Shown: piece by piece, positions 8,878 to 17,972 of the stretch
Layout of the letters: the number at the start of each line of letters is the position of its first letter
Numbering within the stretch: the stretch's first letter is position 1
From: Bacillota bacterium
GTDB lineage: Bacteria; Bacillota; Clostridia; Acetivibrionales; DTU013
DNA length: 33,453 nt
Direction of reading: 5' to 3'
Assembly: GCA_023411645.1 (NCBI GenBank)
Contig: JAEYON010000104.1
Span: 1-33,453, forward strand
Program-made: the position numbers and the translations under genes
Notes under the pieces: model-generated
What the model was told of the DNA's origin: nothing
Seen by the model: only the letters and a program-made list of their open reading frames with translations
The model's database searches: none

Positions 8878-9645
8878 TTAGTTACTGCGCGAAGTAACCA
8901 TCAAAGGAATAATGGAGCCGATGTCTGTAACATCGTAATTAGAAAGCTCTATGATATTAATTTGCTTTTTTGATAAAAATGAAATGAATCTTTCACTGTC
9001 AACCAGTTTTTTCAGTGATCCGTTCACAGCGCAGGCCGTATCTGAAATCATAGCGCAGGCTCCGCCTATAAAGCCATAATTTAATCCGTTCAGTCGAATG
9101 GAACTCCCGCATTCAAGCATCAGGACATCAAGTCCTTTTTTTTCAGCAGCCTTAGCAATTCCGGCATCTGTGGTAACAATGGATTTCTCATCCACCGGCA
9201 AAATTGAACATTTTGCATATCCCTGCTCTGTATGGACAGGTTCGATGCCCAGCCGATCCAGATGATTAACAATTACCGGGTCGGTATACCGGAGGTTGTG
9301 AAAGTAATATTTACCGACTCTTGCCACATTGTACGCGATATCGCCGGGATAGGTTGCTGTAAGCGCTTTTTCACCCTGAATCAAAGAAAAGCCGCAATAG
9401 CGCAGTGCAGCCAGAAAGCCTGCATCCATTCCGGGCGCATGGATAATAAGATCTCCTCCGATATGATGAAGCATTATATCGGGATGACTGCTAACCGCGT
9501 CGTATAATGCTCGATGAGCTGGTAATCTCAGCTGCTTTACTCCATACCTCTCTAAACAGCGCGACGAAGCATCACTGATTCGGCTGTCGACGACGGCAAG
9601 AGAAACCGGCCTGTCAGGCAAGTTAGGATTAGCAAAAAAAAACAT
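8878..9645 (-). CDS. Hypothetical 255-aa protein with a possible amidinotransferase/DDAH-like (GME) fold.
   Basis: It has an ATG start with a GAGAGG RBS. Gly/Cys motifs are conserved-looking (NGLNYGFIGGACAMISD). There is no TM segment. The family assignment is uncertain. Confidence 0.5.
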   Translation of the reverse strand: MFFFANPNLPDRPVSLAVVDSRISDASSRCLERYGVKQLRLPAHRALYDAVSSHPDIMLHHIGGDLIIHAPGMDAGFLAALRYCGFSLIQGEKALTATYPGDIAYNVARVGKYYFHNLRYTDPVIVNHLDRLGIEPVHTEQGYAKCSILPVDEKSIVTTDAGIAKAAEKKGLDVLMLECGSSIRLNGLNYGFIGGACAMISDTACAVNGSLKKLVDSERFISFLSKKQINIIELSNYDVTDIGSIIPLMVTSRSN

Positions 9646-9833
9646 AAGTAAACCTCTCTAATTACTCTACTCCACTTAATTTACTTTTGTCAATATTTAG
9701 AACACAAAAACCGGTTGTTATACATAATATACAAGGGAGCCTTTCATTCACTCACTAAGTAGAATACAAAATCGATGAAGGAATCAATACTAACTGACGT
9801 TAGCCTCGGCTGGCGGCAGTTATTTAAATAAAA

Positions 9834-9868
9834 GGCCGGCAGCCTCAAGCTGCCGGTCTTTTGGTTTT
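9834..9868. terminator. Orphan, potentially bidirectional rho-independent terminator.
   Basis: The stem is GGCCGGCAGC-ctcaa-GCTGCCGGTC (10 bp, one G-U pair), followed by TTTTGGTTTT on the plus strand and preceded by an A/T run on the other side. No annotated ORF ends immediately upstream on either strand. Confidence 0.6.
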
Positions 9869-9932
9869 ACATTTTTTAACATACATGATTTTTTGATTTC
9901 TTGAAAGAATAAATAATCAAGGAGGGACGATT

Positions 9933-10100
9933 ATGACAACTATCAACTGCTCCTCAGACTGCAAACATCAGATAGACGGTAAATGTATGCTGGAAGATGC
10001 AATCTTCAATTCTTTATCTATTGAAACAGATTGTGTCTATTTTGAAGAAAATCTCGGCAAAGGAAGTACTGGTGTAATTTGTAAAGCTATAGATGAATGA
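9933..10100 (+). CDS. DUF1540-like small Cys-rich protein of 55 aa. It is not in the ORF track.
   Basis: The RBS is AAGGAGGGacgatt ATG. The protein MTTINCSSDCKHQIDGKCMLEDAIFNSLSIETDCVYFEENLGKGSTGVICKAID carries the NCxxxCKHxxDGKC signature of DUF1540. Confidence 0.55.
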   Translation: MTTINCSSDCKHQIDGKCMLEDAIFNSLSIETDCVYFEENLGKGSTGVICKAIDE

Positions 10101-10164
10101 TTTTCTATGAATATCGGCAATAATAAATTCACTAACAAAAATATGATTAAAGGAGATGTTTCGA

Positions 10165-10398
10165 ATGAATAGAACCCCATTGGACAGACTTGCACTGGTG
10201 CTTGTCATCATCGGAGCTTTAAATTGGCTTTTGGTCGGTATAGTAAATTTCGACCTTGTGACTATGATATTCGGCGGAAATTTATTCCGCGGAACCCAGT
10301 CTATATTCAGCAGGATCATTTTTTCGCTTGTTGGCATCGCAGGTTTGTATTCCATCACGTTATTATTCAGAGAGAACCCTGCAAATGCAAGAGAGTAG
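10165..10398 (+). CDS. DUF378 family small membrane protein.
   Basis: It has the motif IGALNWLLVGIVNFDLVTMIFGG, typical of DUF378. The ATG at 10165 has an AGGAG RBS 9 nt upstream; the track start at 10156 abuts the RBS. Confidence 0.7.
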   Translation: MNRTPLDRLALVLVIIGALNWLLVGIVNFDLVTMIFGGNLFRGTQSIFSRIIFSLVGIAGLYSITLLFRENPANARE

Positions 10399-10501
10399 CT
10401 GCTGTAGCATTATTTACCGTAATAAATCGGCCCTGTTTTACAAATCATAAGAGTACACTGCTAGATACGGCAGTGAATACGGTAACGAGGAGGGAACTAT
10501 A

Positions 10502-10693
10502 ATGGCAAATAACAGAAGTAAGACATCTTTTGAAAACATGAAGTACGAAATTGCCAACCAGGTAGGTGTAAACCTTAAGCAGGGTTACAATGGCGACCTC
10601 GCTTCGAGAGATGCCGGCAAAATAGGCGGCAACATTGTAAAGAAGGTATTTGAAGCTTATACCGGCAACACTTATCAGATTGAAAAGAAGTAA
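10502..10693 (+). CDS. ssp: Small acid-soluble spore protein, alpha/beta type.
   Basis: The 63-aa protein has the core KYEIANQVGVNL...YNGDLASRDAGKIGGNIVKK, which matches the alpha/beta SASP signature. The RBS is GAGGAGGGaactata ATG. Confidence 0.85.
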   Translation: MANNRSKTSFENMKYEIANQVGVNLKQGYNGDLASRDAGKIGGNIVKKVFEAYTGNTYQIEKK

Positions 10694-10736
10694 ACTGCTC
10701 GGATGACTTTAGATCAACCAAGCTGTTCAGAAAACA

Positions 10737-10777
10737 CAAGGGCTGTCGATTCATCGACAGCCCTTGTGCTTTAGGAT
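10737..10777 (+). terminator. Rho-independent terminator of the SASP gene.
   Basis: A perfect 13-14 bp stem CAAGGGCTGTCGAT/ATCGACAGCCCTTG is followed by TGCTTT. Confidence 0.65.
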
Positions 10778-10845
10778 GTTTTTGTATGCGCAGCATCCTG
10801 CATAAATTCATCCCCTGTGAAATACCTTAAAATGGGGGCGATTTT

Positions 10846-11124
10846 GTGCACATTCTTTTATTCTTTACCGGTCTTGCGATATTCTTGATGTTCATACTGT
10901 TTATACCGGACCTGTTTCCATTATGTTCCTGTTGTCACAAAAAGAAGTTCAGACCCTTTTTCAGGATACACAAAGCGGTAAGTATTCATCCGGGGTACAG
11001 CGGCAGCCGGTCTGTGTGCCGTAAATGCTCCAGGAAGTTTGAGATTGAAGACCTTCGGGATCTGGACCGGCTCATCAGTATCCGGAGAAAGGTAAAACTT
11101 GATCATCTTTCCAAAAATCTTTAG
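10846..11124 (+). CDS. Hypothetical small membrane protein with a GTG start, N-terminal TM helix and CSCC/CxxC motifs.
   Basis: A GGGGG run lies 7 nt upstream of the GTG. The N-terminal hydrophobic segment is HILLFFTGLAIFLMFILFI. I recognise no family. Confidence 0.3.
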   Translation: MHILLFFTGLAIFLMFILFIPDLFPLCSCCHKKKFRPFFRIHKAVSIHPGYSGSRSVCRKCSRKFEIEDLRDLDRLISIRRKVKLDHLSKNL

Positions 11125-11505
11125 CTCTCAACAGTACAAACCTTATAAATCTGTGGGAGAAGATGACTGATTACAACAACGCTGTCCTTATAGAACAAAA
11201 TATTGGTTTTGTATTCAATTCACCCCCTGTGCAGGATAAGGTCAAAGCCCGTTGTGTTTATCAAGTTTTATCTTCCTCCAGACTCTTAAAACAGGATGTC
11301 GATTGATCCGCGCCCGCTTGAGAGCGAGAGTGGATATTACAGCCTGCCTGTTATGAAGCCCGATGCAGGGATTGCAGCCGCACATGCCCATCCTACTTTG
11401 ATTATTTGGCGTGTTTTTATAATAAAACACCCTCCTGTACGTATTTGATAAATATACATACAAGAAGGTGAATAGTTACCTGCTTCCTGCCTGCTCCCCG
11501 TCCAC

Positions 11506-12237
11506 CTACTCCTCCTGCTCCCAGTTGTGGTAGACACTCTGGACGTCGTCCATGTCCTCAAGGTTTTCGATCAGACGGTCCATCTGCTCGATCTGCTTTG
11601 CATCAGTTAGCTTTGTCATTGTCACGGGGATCATGGATATTTCCGCTTCCACAAACTCGTAACCCTTGTTCTCCAGCGCTTCTCTGACTTTAGAAAAATC
11701 ATTGGGCTCAGTGAGGATTTCATAATATTCATCTTCCGTCGAAAAATCCTCAGCTCCGGCTTCCAGGGCCTCCATCATCAGATCGTCCTCAGTAACCTTT
11801 TCGCTCTTTTCTACAAGTATAACGCCTTTCCGATTGAACATAAATGAAACACTGCCGGTCTGCCCAAGGTTACCGCCGAATTTATCAAAATAGTGCCGGA
11901 CATCCCCTGCCGTTCTGTTACGGTTGTCCGTAGCAGCGTCTACAATGACCGCGACACCGCCCGGCCCATAGCCTTCGTAGGTTATTTCTTCGTAATTGTC
12001 GCCTTCGCCCTCGCCTGCAGCCTTTTTTATGCTTCTCATAATATTGTCATTTGGCATATTCGCCGCTTTTGCCTTTGCTATAACGTCCTTGAGTCTGGAA
12101 TTGGCATCCGGGTTGGCGCCGCCTTGCTTAACGGCAATGGCTATTTCTCTTCCAAGCTTTGTGAATGCTTTTCCGCGCTGCGCGTCGGATTTTCCTTTTT
12201 TGATTCTGATATTTGCCCATTTTGAATGGCCTGACAT
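11506..12237 (-). CDS. yebC: YebC/PmpR family DNA-binding transcriptional regulator.
   Basis: The canonical N-terminus is [23 protein letters not shown]. The true start is the ATG at 12235-12237 with a GGAGG RBS. The track ORF is over-extended to 12312. Confidence 0.9.
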   Translation of the reverse strand: MSGHSKWANIRIKKGKSDAQRGKAFTKLGREIAIAVKQGGANPDANSRLKDVIAKAKAANMPNDNIMRSIKKAAGEGEGDNYEEITYEGYGPGGVAVIVDAATDNRNRTAGDVRHYFDKFGGNLGQTGSVSFMFNRKGVILVEKSEKVTEDDLMMEALEAGAEDFSTEDEYYEILTEPNDFSKVREALENKGYEFVEAEISMIPVTMTKLTDAKQIEQMDRLIENLEDMDDVQSVYHNWEQEE

Positions 12238-12383
12238 AAATTTACCTCCAATATATAAAAGCTTTATTTCCGTAAAACGGAAAATATATTTACACCCGGT
12301 ACGTGCATCCATATAATGGAATTGGTGTGTTTGATCATATATATCATAGCATACACAAAAAAAAAGATAAAGGGTGAGCTGTC

Positions 12384-13349
12384 ATGCTCAAGGAGTATTT
12401 ACTAATCGTATCCGGAATATTGATCCTATTGTTGCTGGCTGGTTGTACAGTTCTTTTTTACCTTCGCAGACAATCCATGATGAACGAAAAAATATTGTCT
12501 GAGCAGATTGATGCTCTCCAAAAATGTATAGAAAAGAACAACGATTTTTTTACAAATATAGCCCACGAACTCAAAACTCCGCTGAGTGTGGTCATCGGCG
12601 CTGTGCAGCTACTGGAGCTGAACACATGTCTCAGAGGCGTCAAGGAGAAGGGGCAGGAACCTGATAAGTCCGAAAGCAGATTGGAAAGGAGTATAAGTAT
12701 AATCAAGTGCAATTGCTTCAGAATGCTCCGCCTCACGCACAATCTGCTGGACGTGACAAGGGCACAGGCCGGTTATCAAACACTCAACCCGGTTAATTGT
12801 GATCTGGATCTGCTGCTGGAGGAAATCGTTCTGTCCGTGAAGCCGTACGCAGAAGAAAGGCAGTTGGAGCTGAACTACAATCCTTCCCCCAGAAAAATCA
12901 TCCTCGCTGTTGATATGGAAAAAATAGAACGTATCATATTAAATCTGTTATCAAATGCCATCAAGTTTACAAAACCGGGAGGTTCCATCTGTATCACCTC
13001 ATATCCATCAAGAGGCAGAGCTTTCATCTGCGTTCAGGACTCAGGCGTCGGTATCCCTTCGGACAAGCAAAAAGAGATATTCGAACGATTCAGGCAGTCA
13101 GGCCATGCACCCAACATCGAACTGAAGGGAAGCGGAATCGGCCTCTCACTGGTCAAAGCCTTTGTGGATCTTCATAAAGGAAATATTACTGTCAAAAGTG
13201 AATTGGGCAAAGGTGCCGAATTCATCATAGACCTGCCCATAAGGCTCGTTAGCACAGAATCAGAGATACCTGCAGCAGCCGAATTGAATAGTGGCATCAC
13301 AGAAGCCGCAAAGCTTGAGTTTTCATCCTTCAGTACCCTGACGACATAA
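12384..13349 (+). CDS. Sensor histidine kinase: one N-terminal TM helix, essentially no sensor domain, then HisKA and HATPase_c.
   Basis: It has an H-box (FTNIAHELKTPLSV), an N-box (LLSNAIKFT), and G-boxes (DSGVGIP, GSGIGLSLV). No response-regulator gene is adjacent. Confidence 0.85.
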   Translation: MLKEYLLIVSGILILLLLAGCTVLFYLRRQSMMNEKILSEQIDALQKCIEKNNDFFTNIAHELKTPLSVVIGAVQLLELNTCLRGVKEKGQEPDKSESRLERSISIIKCNCFRMLRLTHNLLDVTRAQAGYQTLNPVNCDLDLLLEEIVLSVKPYAEERQLELNYNPSPRKIILAVDMEKIERIILNLLSNAIKFTKPGGSICITSYPSRGRAFICVQDSGVGIPSDKQKEIFERFRQSGHAPNIELKGSGIGLSLVKAFVDLHKGNITVKSELGKGAEFIIDLPIRLVSTESEIPAAAELNSGITEAAKLEFSSFSTLTT

Positions 13350-13403
13350 TCCGGCCTTAATGGACCGGCAGTTATATTCTTCATCAATGTTATTGTTTTT
13401 CAG

Positions 13404-15638
13404 TTATTCGCGAAACTGGCTGCGATAATTTGACGGTGTTGTACTTGCACGACTCTTAAACTGGCGAATAAAAGTCGACAAGTTCCAATACCCGCACATT
13501 TGAGAAATCTCACTCAAATTAATGTCTGTTGTCCTTAAAAGTTCTTTAGCACGCTCAAATCGCAATGTAGAAATATATTCCGACACAGTCTGTCCAGTAT
13601 GCTTTTTAAAATAATGGCTCATATTGGAGGCAGACATTCCAAAGCTGGCAGCAAGGCTTTTCGCCGAGAATGAACCCTCATTATAGTGAGATATTATATA
13701 TTGCATAACTTGATCGAACCCGCTTAGAATAATTTCTCTTTTCTGGGAATCTGAGTTTTCCTCCGTAACAGATATGGATTGAATCAATTCATCAGTAAGT
13801 ATAATTGCAATTTTTTCTATATCTTCTTTTGAGTTAAAACTCGCCATATTAACGATTTCGGGATATTTGATGCCTAAGGCCGAAAATGAATAATTCATTT
13901 CCCGCATGGCCCTTAACGCTGTATTAATAATATCGAAGGAATAGCAGGTTGCAAAAAAAATATTCCTTGGCTGTGAAACATATTCTGTCAAGCTTGTAAT
14001 TGTCTCTTTAATCTTTTGTTTATCGCCACACTTGATTGCATTATAAAACACTTCAAGTAAATAATCCGGATATTTAAATCTAAGAGTTGATTCAGAAATA
14101 ATACTTTCGTAATAATTAATACTGCTTACGCCCTTAACGAGCTGATACTTGCTTGCAGTATCGGCCTGGATAAAAGACTCTGGAATTTCCATGACTGAGC
14201 AGACTTTTCCTATTCCAAAAGAAATTTTTATGTTATATGTGTATTCCAAAAGGTTTTTTAGGTATACATATTTCTCATCAAGATCCTCTAACTCTTCCCT
14301 GCTTCCTGAGAACACTACGCAAATTGAACCGCTGTCAGGAAGATTAACTGCAATACAATCTATATAGGCAATAAGGGTTTCTTTGATAAAGCTGGCAACC
14401 TCACCATGAAATCCTGGATCTATATAGTATTCACCATAATGTGAAATACCGCAAACAAGAGTCCTGAAAAATGGACCGGGCAGCTCAAGGTTTTCTAATA
14501 CATCATCGGTTTGTATCTCCTCAAGATTGCAATACCCGCCATTTATAAGCTTAAAAGCCATTTTACTTTTTTTCTGAATATGCTGCATCTCTGTCATGTT
14601 GTTAAGAGCCTTTTCGGCCGACCCAAACTCGTCAAGTATTTCACGGGACTCTCCAAAAATCGATTGCGCAAGCTTACTTATCTTCCGAATAGGAGTATAA
14701 TTTAACTTCATAAAATAAGAAATAAAAACGCTGCCAATAAGAACAATAAGGGCAATAAATACATAGGAGCGGTTCTTGTATGTTTCTATTGGTGCAACAA
14801 TGCTCTGATAGGGAATCAAAGTAACATATTTCAACGAGCTTACCTCTGAGTTCGTATAATATGAAAAGATCTCCTGTCCATTAATTTCAATATTATCATG
14901 ATTGCTTCCAGTTCTATTAACATGTTCGTTCCAAACAGTCCATACCTTGTCGGAAAAGCTATAGTCGGAAGAATATAATATGTTGTTCTTATCGTCAGCA
15001 ATTACTATACAAACACCAGATTTCTGGGCAAACTGGCCGAACAACTGGCTGATTGTCTCAGTATTGATTTGATAGCAAATCGAGGAGCGCGGAGCTAACT
15101 GGCCTCTTTTGTCAGTGGTGACATAGGTTAGAACTTTCTTCCCGTCCTCATCGCTTTCCTGCTCAGGAAGCCAATACATATACATGTTTTGGAGCAGCAT
15201 AACAGGGATATCATCTTCCAGATAGTAATTACCTCCAATAAAAGTGCGAAAAGTTTTATAATTGTATACTGTTGTCGGCATATAAACAAGTTTGATTTCG
15301 TCATTTACATAAAATATGTTGTCAACAAAGCTATTTGTGTAAGTTACGGTAGCTAGTTTGCCTGTAACATCATACATGTTCCCAAACTCCTTCTTTATGT
15401 ATGAGGTTGTAAATGTCGTGGAATTGAACATCAGATGTGAACTTGCGGTCATTTCGCTTATAAAAATATCAAATGTGTTTTGCATACGATTTAAAAGATT
15501 TATTTGCCCTGTGATTAGTTCGTTGTTAAAAAAAGTTGAAAATGAATTAAACAATACAGTGCCAAGAATAAATACCGGCATCAGAATAATAACAATATAT
15601 GAAATAAGAATGCTGCGGAATGCTTTTTTCCTTTTCAT
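13404..15638 (-). CDS. Membrane-anchored AraC-family one-component regulator. It has two TM segments flanking an extracytoplasmic domain of about 260 aa and a C-terminal AraC HTH.
   Basis: TM1 is at about residues 9-30 and TM2 at about 293-312. The C-terminal tandem HTH (SMSASNMSHYFKKHTGQTVSEYISTLRFERAKELL...QMCGYWNLSTFIRQFK) is AraC-type. There is no receiver domain. Confidence 0.8.
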   Translation of the reverse strand: MKRKKAFRSILISYIVIILMPVFILGTVLFNSFSTFFNNELITGQINLLNRMQNTFDIFISEMTASSHLMFNSTTFTTSYIKKEFGNMYDVTGKLATVTYTNSFVDNIFYVNDEIKLVYMPTTVYNYKTFRTFIGGNYYLEDDIPVMLLQNMYMYWLPEQESDEDGKKVLTYVTTDKRGQLAPRSSICYQINTETISQLFGQFAQKSGVCIVIADDKNNILYSSDYSFSDKVWTVWNEHVNRTGSNHDNIEINGQEIFSYYTNSEVSSLKYVTLIPYQSIVAPIETYKNRSYVFIALIVLIGSVFISYFMKLNYTPIRKISKLAQSIFGESREILDEFGSAEKALNNMTEMQHIQKKSKMAFKLINGGYCNLEEIQTDDVLENLELPGPFFRTLVCGISHYGEYYIDPGFHGEVASFIKETLIAYIDCIAVNLPDSGSICVVFSGSREELEDLDEKYVYLKNLLEYTYNIKISFGIGKVCSVMEIPESFIQADTASKYQLVKGVSSINYYESIISESTLRFKYPDYLLEVFYNAIKCGDKQKIKETITSLTEYVSQPRNIFFATCYSFDIINTALRAMREMNYSFSALGIKYPEIVNMASFNSKEDIEKIAIILTDELIQSISVTEENSDSQKREIILSGFDQVMQYIISHYNEGSFSAKSLAASFGMSASNMSHYFKKHTGQTVSEYISTLRFERAKELLRTTDINLSEISQMCGYWNLSTFIRQFKSRASTTPSNYRSQFRE

Positions 15639-15816
15639 GTCCTCTCCTTTGCCGGGTCACTAACGAATGAGAACGTAAAGTTGTATCTGCAATAGCTTCT
15701 ATGATTTATAAGTAAGCCTTCATATAGGGTCAGGCTATGCCTAATAATATAAATAAACGACTTACTCAAGTCAAGTATGCACTGTGTATGTGTGCTATGC
15801 GACATTTCTTAAAAGT

Positions 15817-16533
15817 TCATTCTATCTTTCGCGGCACTATAAATTCATTCAGCTTGTCCGGGAAATTTACGGTCATTCCATCAACACCGCAAATAATTGC
15901 GTGTTTCATCAAATCTGTGTCTTTAACGTCCCAGCCTCTCACATTAAATCCTTTCTGCTTTGCATACATAACACGTTCCTTCGTGAGATTTCCAACTCTT
16001 GGACAAATCTGTTCAATATGATTATCTTCAAGTATTCTTAACGTCTTGTCATCAATATACTCAGTAAGATATCCAAGAGGTATTTCTTTATCATGGTTTC
16101 GTATACAGGTGAGGTGCTCAAAGTTAAATGATGTAATAGTTACCCGCTCTCTGCATTTAAATGCATCTATCATTGAGAGAATATCACGTTCAAGGCCATT
16201 GAGTTTAACTTCAATTGCAAGAAAAATTTCCTTTGCTGAAAAGTACTTTAAAAAATCCTCAAGCAAAACAATTTTTTCATTCCTGTATCTGGTACTTTTG
16301 TAACTGCCGAAATCAAGCTCCAATAGCTCTTCATACTTAAAATCGGTTACGGGTCTGTCAATCCCTACGATTCTTTTCATCGTATCGTCATGGAACAGAA
16401 CAAGCTTGTTGTCAGATGTTCTCTGGACATCTGTTTCAATACCATTTGCACCCATTTCCATAGCCATGTAAAATGCAGCCATCGTATTTTCCGGAGATCT
16501 CTCAGACGCTCCCCTGTGCGCGTAATTAATCAT
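15817..16533 (-). CDS. Glycerophosphodiester phosphodiesterase (GDPD family).
   Basis: It has the motifs MINYAHRGASERSPENT...ETDVQRTSDNKLVLFHDDT. The start is placed at the Met that precedes the conserved HRG motif; the track ORF extends upstream and overlaps the adjacent gene. Confidence 0.8.
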   Translation of the reverse strand: MINYAHRGASERSPENTMAAFYMAMEMGANGIETDVQRTSDNKLVLFHDDTMKRIVGIDRPVTDFKYEELLELDFGSYKSTRYRNEKIVLLEDFLKYFSAKEIFLAIEVKLNGLERDILSMIDAFKCRERVTITSFNFEHLTCIRNHDKEIPLGYLTEYIDDKTLRILEDNHIEQICPRVGNLTKERVMYAKQKGFNVRGWDVKDTDLMKHAIICGVDGMTVNFPDKLNEFIVPRKIE

Positions 16534-16622
16534 AGTATATATCCATCCTTTTTTACCGGAATGCAGCTTTGACGCTTTACTTTTATCAAACGCAAAGCTG
16601 CAACTCCGGCACTGTTTTAAGA

Positions 16623-17972
16623 TCAGTTCAAACGTACTCCATCCTTTTTGAGTTGAGCTTGGAGTGTTTCTAACTTCAACTGCCTGAAGCTTTTCTTCTC
16701 TCTGACTGAGAGTGCTGCTGCTGTTCCAGCAGCCTGACCCGTTGTTGCACAGCAAACCATCATACGGACGGCCCCGAATGCATCTGCCTCACACGATACA
16801 CATCTTCCGGCAACGAGGAGATTTTCCAGTCCTTTTGGCAGTAGTATACGGTATGGAATCTGAAAGAAGCTATCGTCCTTAGGATTAATGATTGTTCCGA
16901 AAGGATCAATAAATGTTGTGAATACACCGACAGAATCTTTAAAAACAGCCTGCTCTAAAACATCCTTCTTTGAGAGGCTATACTCACCAATAATTCTGCG
17001 GGTTTCACGAATACCAATCTGCCCTGCAATCGAACGAAGCCAGCATCCTTCAAACCCAATTTCTTTGCCATATTTGCGTAGAACATCAATTGCTCTCATA
17101 ACCTGCCAGCGCCCATGAATCTCGGCCATAGTCAAGTCAAAGACATTTGTACCGTCAATCCCACGTTCAAGTGTGAGGTTAAAACTGGTTATATCACCAT
17201 TAGGCAATACTGTTTTATACGCCCCACCCTTTCGCTCCAAGGGCCATTCTCCGTCTTCTGCGGCAAGGATGAAGGGCGCTCTCAGGCCGTGAGTAGCAGG
17301 ATAATCTAGAGAAGAATGAGCTGCAATATAGTTGTTGAACTTATCAATATCAACCCCACTCACCCCGAATACCATCGTCACAGGCTGTAAGCTGCCGTCT
17401 TCATCATTTCCCTTTTTAAAATCCGCACCTGCAAAAGCCGCTATATCGCCATCCCCGGTAGCATCAATAACCCGTTTGGCAAGTACTGCCCCACATCCGG
17501 ATTTGCTTTCAAACACGACACCTTTAACGCAGCCATCTTCTGATATAACACCAACCGCTAATGAGTGTAACAGCGGACGAATACCGCATTCATTTATCCA
17601 ACAGTCGAGAAGGTATTTGTATTTTTCCGGATTCAGAAAATGTCCTGTTCCACGGTAGTCATCCTGTACTCCAGCAAACTCTATCATTCGATCCTCTATT
17701 TCCTTGGGAATCCCTCCGGAAATAACAGTTCTGGGATTCATGTAGAAGGTATAGGACTCTACCTGCCCTACCGATAACGCACCTCCAAAGCATCCATATC
17801 GTTCCGCCAGCATTGTCTGGGCGCCTGTACGAGCAGAGGCAACAGCAGCGGCTATACCAGCCGGTCCGCTTCCTACCACAAGAACATCTGTTTCAGCAAT
17901 AACAGGTATTCTTCTTTCAGGCATAGTTATATACTCTGTCGCTTTTTTTGTTTGCTGTTTAATCTGTTTCAT
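16623..17972 (-). CDS. FAD-dependent oxidoreductase (FAD_oxidored / PF12831-like).
   Basis: The Rossmann motif is VLVVGSGPAGIAAAV. The start overlaps the upstream SBP stop (ATGA) and has a GAAGAAGG RBS. Confidence 0.75.
   Translation of the reverse strand: MKQIKQQTKKATEYITMPERRIPVIAETDVLVVGSGPAGIAAAVASARTGAQTMLAERYGCFGGALSVGQVESYTFYMNPRTVISGGIPKEIEDRMIEFAGVQDDYRGTGHFLNPEKYKYLLDCWINECGIRPLLHSLAVGVISEDGCVKGVVFESKSGCGAVLAKRVIDATGDGDIAAFAGADFKKGNDEDGSLQPVTMVFGVSGVDIDKFNNYIAAHSSLDYPATHGLRAPFILAAEDGEWPLERKGGAYKTVLPNGDITSFNLTLERGIDGTNVFDLTMAEIHGRWQVMRAIDVLRKYGKEIGFEGCWLRSIAGQIGIRETRRIIGEYSLSKKDVLEQAVFKDSVGVFTTFIDPFGTIINPKDDSFFQIPYRILLPKGLENLLVAGRCVSCEADAFGAVRMMVCCATTGQAAGTAAALSVREKKSFRQLKLETLQAQLKKDGVRLN

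Noticed and set aside
9763-9819. 18-codon ORF (MKESILTDVSLGWRQLFK) upstream of the orphan terminator.
   Set aside because: It has no Shine-Dalgarno sequence. I treat it as part of a candidate non-coding leader or sRNA rather than as a gene.
11160-11303. 47-codon ORF MTDYNNAV... downstream of the 10846 ORF.
   Set aside because: It is short, I recognise no family, and the RBS spacing is marginal. I cannot support it.
16534-16755. The GDPD ORF track starts 74 codons upstream at 16755 and overlaps the FAD-oxidoreductase gene.
   Set aside because: The conserved GDPD N-terminus begins at MINYAHRG. The upstream extension has no RBS and would overlap the neighbouring gene by more than 130 nt. The start was moved to 16533.
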